Notes under the pieces: generated by a model
The model's database searches: none
Told to the model about the DNA's origin: nothing
Seen by the model: only the letters and a program-made list of their open reading frames with translations
Position numbers and translations under genes: made by a program
IMG/VR virus record: IMGVR_UViG_3300047160_023228
From: an uncultured virus (IMG/VR IMGVR_UViG_3300047160_023228)
Taxonomy: Duplodnaviria > Heunggongvirae > Uroviricota > Caudoviricetes
Reading direction: 5' to 3' (one strand)
Length of the DNA: 20,000 nucleotides
In this document: positions 14,001 to 20,000 of the stretch, in pieces
Numbering within the stretch: the stretch's first letter is position 1
How the letters are laid out: every line of letters starts with the position of its first letter

Positions 14001-16525
14001 ACGATGGCACCCAGATCTGGAAGATCACCCACAATGGCGTGGATACGCACCCCATCCACTTCCACCTCTATGACGTGCAAGTTATCAACCGCGTCACCTG
14101 GGACAACATCATCATCCCGCCCGATACCAACGAACTGGGCTGGAAGGATACCGTTCGCGTCAGCCCGCTGGAAGATACGCTGGTTGCGCTGCGGCCTGTC
14201 ACTCCCAGCCTACCCTTCCAGATACCGAACAGCATCCGCCCGCTGAACCCCGGCATGCCGGTCGGATCGATGATGGGCTTCAGCAGCGTCGGCCCCGACG
14301 GCAACGCGACCACATCCAACATCGTCAACGACATCGTGAACTTCGGGTGGGAGTACGTGTGGCACTGCCACATTCTCAGCCACGAAGAAATGGACATGAT
14401 GCGCCCCGTGTCGTTCGCAGTCCCGCCCGCGGCTCCTGCGAACCTGGTCGCCAACTCCAACGGCACCGCAGTGGCGTTGAATTGGACCAATGCCGCGGCG
14501 AATGCCACGGGCTACACCTTGCAACGCGCTACCGACAGCGCCTTTACGGCTAACCTCCAGACATGGCGTGTAGGCATGGTGAACGCTTACACCGATTCCA
14601 ACGCCAATCCCGGCTCAACCTACTACTACCGCGTGTTTGCGACCAACACCGTCGGCAGCACCATGGACTCCGGGTTTACCCAATCGCCGGGCGGCAATTC
14701 CATGCCCACGATGACGGTCAACTCCGGGTACTCGAACACCGCGCCTGTCCTGGCCGGCAACCCGGTTATCGGAGTGGCGCCTGCCGCGCTCAACTTCGGA
14801 AATGTGCTGCTGAACACCAGCGCCGGGCCGCAGTCCGTCACACTCTCCAACACGGGCGGCGTGGCTCTGACCATCAATAGCATCGGGCTGGGCGGCGCAA
14901 ATGCCGGCCAGTTTGCGATGCCGGCGTCGGCTACTCCGTGCGGCTCAACCTTGAACGCGGGCGGCAATTGCGTGATCAACGTGACATTCTCGCCGACAAC
15001 TCTCGGCGCGCAGTCCGCGGCGATCACCATCGCGACCAACGATCCGTCCAGCCCGGTATTGACCGTGCCGGTAACCGGTTCCGGCATCGCGAGCACGACC
15101 TTAGCCCTCAGCGCCCCGGCCATCACCTACGGACAGAACGGCGTGGTCACGCTAGCCGTGTCCTCCACGCAGGTGAACCCGGTCGCCGGGAACATAACCC
15201 TAACTGTTGACGGTGGAGCCCCGCTCAGCCAGGTCCTCGCAAACGGCTCTGCAACCTTCACGCTAACCGCGCCAGGCGCGGGAACCCACACCCTCACCGC
15301 AAACTACGCGGCCCAGGGCGGCGTATCGGCGGCCTCGGCAACCGGCACACTCGTGGTCAACTCGGCAGCGCTCACCATTACGGCGAGCAGCGCGTCACTG
15401 GCCTATGGCGCACCTGTTCCAGCCATCACTCCGGCGTATAGCGGTTTCGTGCTCGGACAAGGGCCCACAAACCTGACGGGAACAGTTAGCTGCTCGACCA
15501 CGGTGACGAGCACCAGCCCGGTGAGCGGCAATCCGTATTCCAGCACCTGTTCGGGAGCGGCAAGTACGAATTACGCCATCAAGTACGTCGCGGGCACAGT
15601 CACTGTAAACCAGGCCTCGACAGCCACAGCCATTACCTCTAACTTGCCGAATCCATCGATCCCGGGGCAGATCGTCACCATAACGTTCAAGGTGACTCCG
15701 CAAGTCAGCGGCAGTCCGACCGGAAGCGTGAAGGTCCTGGCCAGCACCGGCGAGAGCTGCTCGGCAATTCTTCCGGCCGCGAGCTGCACACTCAGCTTCG
15801 CAGGCTCGGGCTCGCGGACGCTCACGGCCACCTATGGCGGCGACAGCAACTTCACCGGATCGGTGTCGCCTGCAGCCAACCAGCAGGTGGTCAGCGGGGT
15901 TGTTCTCAGCACGACTTCGCTGCTGTTCGGCAATCAGCTTGTGAACTCAACCTCGGCCAGCCAGGCAGTCACAATCGCCAACGTTGGCACAACGACTCTC
16001 ACCATCAATGGGTTTAGTTTCGGCGGATTGAACCCGGCGGACTTCACCCAGACAACCAACTGCGGCAGAACGTTGCGAGCTGGACAGAACTGCCGCGTGA
16101 ACGTTTCGTTCCGGCCTGGCGCCGCGGGTGTGCGCATGGCAACCCTTATCATCAGCGACTCCGACATAAGCAGTCCGCAAACGGTGTCGTTGACAGGTAC
16201 GGGCGTGCAACCTACCGCGACGCTAACCCCGGCTTCCTACAACTACGGCACCGTGCTGCGCGGGCGGACAGCCTCCTATGGCTTCACGCTGTCCAACACC
16301 AGCGTAGCTTCGATGACCATCAACCGGATCAGCATCACTGGAACAAACGCCAACCAGTTCTCGCAGCGCAGCAACTGCGGCAACACTCTTGGCGCGGGCC
16401 TGAGCTGCACGATCACGGTGACGTTCGCGCCGACGCAACGCGCTACTGCTAACGCTACCCTTAGCGTGAGCAATAACGCAGTGGGAAGTCCGCACACTGC
16501 CTCGCTCACCGGTTTGGGGCAGTAA
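11045..16525 (+). CDS. Large secreted multicopper oxidase (MofA/OmpB-like) with Fn3 and Ig-like tail (~1826 aa)
   Basis: Signal peptide MKRALVLMLLVLSAALGSSQA; all four copper motifs HLHGG, FYHDH, HPIHFH, WHCHILSHEEMDMM; Fn3 (PAAPANL...YYYRVFATN); three LxFG/YG..CG..L..G..C Ig-like repeats plus Big-like domains. Confidence 0.93.
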   Translation: MKRALVLMLLVLSAALGSSQAPDPAKNPHYFGPYPNWANSPLTTVDASIQLTDTCGNGAGTGASAVALVDSKGSITGVTVTSQGAGYTCPPDVSITSTYGNGAAAHATFAATSGYISSISLVNGGTNYFAPVVVINGNGTGATADATVDPYSGAITSISLTNPGSGYTSATISISDGGGTGTGAMATATVSTSTIGVIVDAAGIGYRTPGGLRKFVDTLPGLGPSAANNLGQYVSVAHPDTTTYPGSDYYEIAVVEYSRKLHSDLSPTKLRGYVQLNNGTDSNGQNTIAPDGPQFLGATIVATKDRPVRILFRNNLPTGEAGNLFLPVDTTMMGAGMGPDMGGMKETDSSSVFDGVRNPMCGNAGAKPMGCYTENRATLHLHGGLTPWISDGTPHQWTVPATESTMYEKGVSVSNVPDMWYDANGATLSECAGQNTCAVANATNNPGKGALTFYYTNQQSARLLFYHDHSWGITRLNVYAGEAAGYLITDNTEKTLTAPGGALDASDPALGLGIPLVIQDRTFVPSAAQLATQDPTWDAARWGTEGDFWYHHVYMPAQNPADPTGASPFGRWMYGPWFWPPANQATTPYQPIPNPYYDPACDPANAPNGFCEPPMIPGTPNISVGMEQFNDTPLVNGTAYPTMTVEPKAYRFRLLNAANDRFFNLQWYVADSSGTEVALKASDVAAAQVDPNVFPTPDTNISPAGPSWLQIGSEGGFLPTPATIPNQPITWITDPTRFDYGNVDQHSMLIAPAERSDVIVDFSKFAGKTLILYNDAPAAFPARQASYDYYTGDPDNTDIGGAPTTVPGFGPNTRTIMQVKVAGTLTKASAFSLSKLVTAFAHNANGTGVFESGQNPVIVGQAGYNRAYGSTFTTSGDCSNPKTTTKCDGFARINLQGGDLFTFDTLSGKKLSIPLQPKALHDEMNSTTFDEYGRMTANLGVEAVPANAGAQNVVLYPYVNPATEMIDGTNLPSASGIKIAPIATANDGTQIWKITHNGVDTHPIHFHLYDVQVINRVTWDNIIIPPDTNELGWKDTVRVSPLEDTLVALRPVTPSLPFQIPNSIRPLNPGMPVGSMMGFSSVGPDGNATTSNIVNDIVNFGWEYVWHCHILSHEEMDMMRPVSFAVPPAAPANLVANSNGTAVALNWTNAAANATGYTLQRATDSAFTANLQTWRVGMVNAYTDSNANPGSTYYYRVFATNTVGSTMDSGFTQSPGGNSMPTMTVNSGYSNTAPVLAGNPVIGVAPAALNFGNVLLNTSAGPQSVTLSNTGGVALTINSIGLGGANAGQFAMPASATPCGSTLNAGGNCVINVTFSPTTLGAQSAAITIATNDPSSPVLTVPVTGSGIASTTLALSAPAITYGQNGVVTLAVSSTQVNPVAGNITLTVDGGAPLSQVLANGSATFTLTAPGAGTHTLTANYAAQGGVSAASATGTLVVNSAALTITASSASLAYGAPVPAITPAYSGFVLGQGPTNLTGTVSCSTTVTSTSPVSGNPYSSTCSGAASTNYAIKYVAGTVTVNQASTATAITSNLPNPSIPGQIVTITFKVTPQVSGSPTGSVKVLASTGESCSAILPAASCTLSFAGSGSRTLTATYGGDSNFTGSVSPAANQQVVSGVVLSTTSLLFGNQLVNSTSASQAVTIANVGTTTLTINGFSFGGLNPADFTQTTNCGRTLRAGQNCRVNVSFRPGAAGVRMATLIISDSDISSPQTVSLTGTGVQPTATLTPASYNYGTVLRGRTASYGFTLSNTSVASMTINRISITGTNANQFSQRSNCGNTLGAGLSCTITVTFAPTQRATANATLSVSNNAVGSPHTASLTGLGQ

Positions 16526-16597
16526 CAGACTGGGGCGGGGGGAGCTACTCCCCCTCTCCCCCGCACCATTAATGCGAATTTCCTCGTGCAGCGGCGC

Positions 16598-16626
16598 CGG
16601 GAGGGAGCGATCCCTCCCGCTTTTTT
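16598..16626 (+). terminator. Rho-independent terminator of the oxidase operon
   Basis: CGGGAGGGA-GCGA-TCCCTCCCG (9-bp stem, GNRA loop) followed by C and six T. A second G/C hairpin lies at 16532-16561. Confidence 0.85.
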
Positions 16627-16704
16627 GTTCGTTCAGGTCCGGGATCTCGCTAAAGCAAAACCGCAGTTACTGTATCCCGAAGTCACTCCATTTGACTCGC
16701 CGCG

Positions 16705-17106
16705 ACCAGCAGCGAACGCCGGCCTTGACCAAAACCCGACACGACACACCTGTTCTGTTTCTGATCAAGGCAGTCCGCCAAAACATTTGCGCACAATTAT
16801 CAACCGATTTGCCACAATGGAATCGGGGTACTGGCGCGCTCTTTGCCTCTCAGGGAATCCGAACCAACAAGCCCCGCTCCATGGTTGCATGACTGAAGCT
16901 CGTTTTGAACCAATCCGGCGGCTTTAAGCTCGGTTTCGCGCCATTCAGGAGCCATTAAGACCGGCTTTAGAGCCATTCAGGAGCCATTCAAACTACAGCT
17001 ATCTGCAAGAAAATAGAAGTGATATTTGTCAAATCGGCACCCCCCCCGGGGGAACCAGCAGGGAGCGCCGACCTTGACCAAAACCCGACAGGACACACCT
17101 GCTCTG
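16705..17106. repeat. 53-bp imperfect direct repeat (16705-16757, 17054-17106) bounding a non-coding segment
   Basis: 48/53 identical; core CCTTGACCAAAACCCGACA-N-GACACACCTG. Confidence 0.85.
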
Positions 17107-17114
17107 GTTTCGCT

Positions 17115-18584
17115 CTAATCTTTTAGAACGGGCTTTGCGGCCCTATTTGCAAGCTGGCGGATTTGAGAGAATTCTCTTTCTGACAGGGTAAGAGAAGGAA
17201 GGGTAATCGTGAATACCGCGCCTTCGTCCGGCGCGCTCGTCACATGAATGGCGCCTCGGTGCTGCACAACCACCCACTTCGTCAGCGCGAGGCCGAGGCC
17301 GCCCGGGGTTTCATGTTGCGCCTGCGAGTCATCGGCGCGATAGGAATGTTCGAAGATATGCGGCAAGTCCGTAGCGCTGATGCCGCGCCCCGAATCGCGG
17401 ATCTCGACTGTGACGGTGTTCGCAACCTGCCGCGTCGTAACCTGGATGCGCCCGCCGCTGGGCGTGAATTTCAGCGCATTATCCAACAGGTTCAGAAACG
17501 CCCGTTCCATCCACTCGCGATCGGCGAGCACTTGTATGTCCCCTTCGCCGGTGAGAGTTACCTGCACGCCGTAGCCTTGAGAGAGAGGCTCCAGTTCCCT
17601 GGCGACAGAGGCAAGGCTTTTTCTGAGGTCGAGGCGCTCGCGGTTCATGCGAATGCCGCCGGTCTCGGCCTTCGCGATCAGTAGGAACCGATTGATCAGC
17701 CGGCTTAGCTTGTCAAACTCCTCGAGGTGGCTGGCGAGATGTTGCCGCCATTCGTCGGGCAGCTCGGGACGCATCAGCTCCACCTCGATCTCTCCGCGCA
17801 GCACCGTCATGGGCGTCCGTAGTTCGTGGGCCATGAAGTCGGCAAAATTCCGCATCTGCCGCACGCTGGCCTCCAGCCGCCCGAGCACCTGGTTGAATCT
17901 TTCGGTAAGCGAATCCAGTTCGTCTTTTGTGCCGCGCAGAGGCAGGCGGCGGCCCAGGTGCTGAAAGGTGATCTCGTCGGCTTCCTCCTCCAGGTTGCGC
18001 AGCGGGCGCAATGTTCTGCCTGCGGTCCACCATGCGCCCGCAACGGCAATCGCCGTGGCAAACGGAAGCAGCACGAACAATACGTTGCGGAGTTCGGCCA
18101 GGCCGGCCAGGTCGTGCTCCACCGAGACGCCTACGCGCACCAGGTAAGGGTGCCCGCCGGACTGAAACACCGCGCTTCGAAAGCGCAGAGGGACCTTGTT
18201 GTGTTCGCTTGTGTCGATGCCCGGATGAGCGGCGAACCGAAGAGCCTGCCCCGGGCTGAGCGCAAGTTGCTCGAGCGCCGAGTCGTCCGACTGCAGCAAC
18301 AGCTTCCCATCGCGCGCATCGTAAATCTGGTAATAGCGCGTGGCTTCACGCAGAAAGTACGCCACGTAGGGGTTGTGCGGATCGAATTTGATCGCAGGCG
18401 AATCGCCGTGGAATTCAACATAGCCCCAGAGCCCCGCGACGTGGTCAACGAGATTGTCGTCCGCGGCATCCCGCAGCCGGTATGCCAGCAACTCGTAAAC
18501 TGCGAGCCCGGAGGATCCCAGCAGTGTGACAAACAGCACGGCATACGAAGCCGCCAGCTTGGTGCGCAGCTTAAGCGGTGGCAT
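17115..18584 (-). CDS. Sensor histidine kinase, CusS/CzcS-like (2 TM, HAMP, HisKA, HATPase)
   Basis: Two hydrophobic helices; DELDSL..RFN HAMP; AHELRTP H-box; NLLDNALKFT, DSGRGI, GLGL boxes. Confidence 0.93.
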   Translation of the reverse strand: MPPLKLRTKLAASYAVLFVTLLGSSGLAVYELLAYRLRDAADDNLVDHVAGLWGYVEFHGDSPAIKFDPHNPYVAYFLREATRYYQIYDARDGKLLLQSDDSALEQLALSPGQALRFAAHPGIDTSEHNKVPLRFRSAVFQSGGHPYLVRVGVSVEHDLAGLAELRNVLFVLLPFATAIAVAGAWWTAGRTLRPLRNLEEEADEITFQHLGRRLPLRGTKDELDSLTERFNQVLGRLEASVRQMRNFADFMAHELRTPMTVLRGEIEVELMRPELPDEWRQHLASHLEEFDKLSRLINRFLLIAKAETGGIRMNRERLDLRKSLASVARELEPLSQGYGVQVTLTGEGDIQVLADREWMERAFLNLLDNALKFTPSGGRIQVTTRQVANTVTVEIRDSGRGISATDLPHIFEHSYRADDSQAQHETPGGLGLALTKWVVVQHRGAIHVTSAPDEGAVFTITLPSLTLSEREFSQIRQLANRAAKPVLKD

Positions 18585-19254
18585 TTCGTTGGTCCGTGAG
18601 CACGTACCCCACCCCCCTCACGGTGTGGATCAGGGCTGGCGAAAAACGCTTGTCGATTTTGTTGCGAAGGTAATTGACATACACGTCCACAACGTTGGTG
18701 AATGTGTCGAAATGCATGTCCCAGACGTGTTCAATGATGTTCGTGCGTGTGACGGGTTTTCCGGCATTTTGGAGGAGGTACTCGAGCAGAGCGAATTCCT
18801 TCGCCGACAGGTCAATGTTTTGTCCTCTGCGCGAGACAGTGCGGTGCGCCGCGTCCAGGGTCAGATCGGCAATCTGGTAGGTGGCCACTCCGCGGTCACC
18901 TCGGCGCAACAACGCTCGCACACGAGCCGTCAGTTCCGAGAACTGAAATGGCTTCTTCAAATAGTCATCGGCTCCGGCGTCCAGCGCGGTAACTGTGTTA
19001 TTAAGCGAGTTATTTGCGGTCAGAACCAAAACGGGAAGGTTCTTCCGGTGCTCGCGGATTGCCCGTAGTACCTGCATGCCGCTCAGCTTGGGCAGCATCA
19101 TGTCGAGAATCACAAGATCGTAGACCGGATCTCGCGCCATCGACGCCGCTTCTTCCCCGTCCGCAGCGGTATCCACCGCGTAATGCTCCTGCGTGAGACC
19201 TCGCCGAATGAAGGAAGCAATCTTTGGATCGTCTTCCACTACGAGCAACCGCAT
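18571..19254 (-). CDS. OmpR-family response regulator, CusR/CzcR-like
   Basis: MRLLVVEDD, ILDMMLP, GADDYLKKPF, LSAKEFALLEYL, TNVVDVYVNYLRNKID, IHTVRGVGY; GGGAGGGA RBS before ATG 19254; overlaps kinase start. Confidence 0.95.
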   Translation of the reverse strand: MRLLVVEDDPKIASFIRRGLTQEHYAVDTAADGEEAASMARDPVYDLVILDMMLPKLSGMQVLRAIREHRKNLPVLVLTANNSLNNTVTALDAGADDYLKKPFQFSELTARVRALLRRGDRGVATYQIADLTLDAAHRTVSRRGQNIDLSAKEFALLEYLLQNAGKPVTRTNIIEHVWDMHFDTFTNVVDVYVNYLRNKIDKRFSPALIHTVRGVGYVLTDQRNATA

Positions 19255-19519
19255 TTGCATTCCCTCCCGCAAGCGCGACGATTTCACCGGCTCCATTCGC
19301 AGTTCGCGAATAGAAGAGAAATGTTGGGGGACACCTCAGGATACATGAGATTTCAATTCTTCACAGGTTCGTTGGAACCATGACGAGCCGGATTCCGAAA
19401 ACGGAACTCGCGGGAAGCAAAGATTCTCTCCTCATCCACCCCGTGCGGGATCTCAATGCAAAACTAGGAACGGTATTAAGCGTCTTTGTCCACCCGAGTT
19501 TGCCCCTGATCTAGGGGAC

Positions 19520-19822
19520 GAACCAGTCAGGTCCTCGGGCGGACCCGAAGTTCGCGTTACAGACGGTCTCCATGTCCGTCACTGGGGTGCGTTCGCCGCG
19601 ACCGAAAACGGGATCTAGAACTTCCTCGATACAGAGGCAACGCCTCGTCCAACGATTCTCTACTTCGATCTTCGGACGGGAGGTTCGATTCCTGTATTGC
19701 CTAAGGATCGAATGCCTGTGCCCGACGACCCAACGCTCAAGGCGACCCGCGATGGGCGGATACTGTTGTTCGCGGAGTGGGATGCCGTGACGCACATCAA
19801 TCTGGCGGAAGCGTCGCCGTGA
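19520..19822 (+). pseudogene. Decayed 3' fragment of a TolB/PD40-like beta-propeller gene
   Basis: Manual translation: EPVRSSGGPEVRVTDGLHVRHWGAFAATENGI*NFLDTEATPRPTILYFDLRTGGSIPVL...PTLKATRDGRILLFAEWD..THINLAEASP*; internal TAG at 19616; no 5' part. Confidence 0.6.
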
Positions 19823-19946
19823 CTGAGTCAGTCCTGACTGCAGTATCCGAACCTCATCGAGTTCGGCGCTCGGTCATTGCATTATCGCCTAATCACCCAT
19901 TGTGAGAGGGCGCCCAGCTTAAGGCAGTCTGCGTCGGCAACCGATG

Positions 19947-19990
19947 CATGTGGGGGCTTTGCCCCCACACCCCCAGGATTTGGCGCTTTG
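19947..19990. repeat. GC hairpin TGTGGGGGC-TTT-GCCCCCACA plus CCCCCAGGATTT, possible mobile-element or REP-like remnant
   Basis: Perfect 9-bp inverted repeat; resembles from memory motifs near IS ends; window ends before context is visible. Confidence 0.3.
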
Positions 19991-20000
19991 GTGCCTCTCC

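Noticed and set aside
16572..16927. Two ~110-aa plus-strand ORFs after the oxidase
   Set aside because: They run through the terminator and repeats, with no RBS or domain signal.
16705..17106. Possible CRISPR array
   Set aside because: Only two long repeats 349 bp apart, no regular spacers and no cas genes.
19511..19795. 94-aa minus-strand ORF
   Set aside because: The opposite strand gives a more protein-like TolB-type fragment.

Overview
GC-rich (~60%) window, probably from an Acidobacteriota genome (inferred from the gene families). Bases 1-~8500 are one end of a prophage: about 18 tightly coupled minus-strand early/replication genes. They encode a Fis-type HTH, GIY-YIG nuclease, HD hydrolase, Zn-ribbon plus sigma70-region-4 protein, a phage-borne DnaN sliding clamp, a DUF1376-type initiator with an internal iteron-like origin, and a DUF5131/Gp37-Gp68 protein that runs off the window edge and is missing from the ORF track. 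The operon starts 40 bp downstream of a tRNA-Arg(UCU) gene (8526-8602, minus). This tRNA has a canonical 5' half but an aberrant T-loop and mispaired acceptor stem, so it looks like a host/phage hybrid att junction. Host DNA follows: a hypothetical gene, a YheT-like hydrolase, then a small secreted peptide coupled to a ~1826-aa multicopper oxidase with Fn3/Ig-like tail and 11-bp-phased upstream repeats. After that come a repeat-bounded intergenic relic, a convergent CusRS-like two-component system and a decayed TolB-like gene fragment. Family names are from motif recognition; no searches were run.
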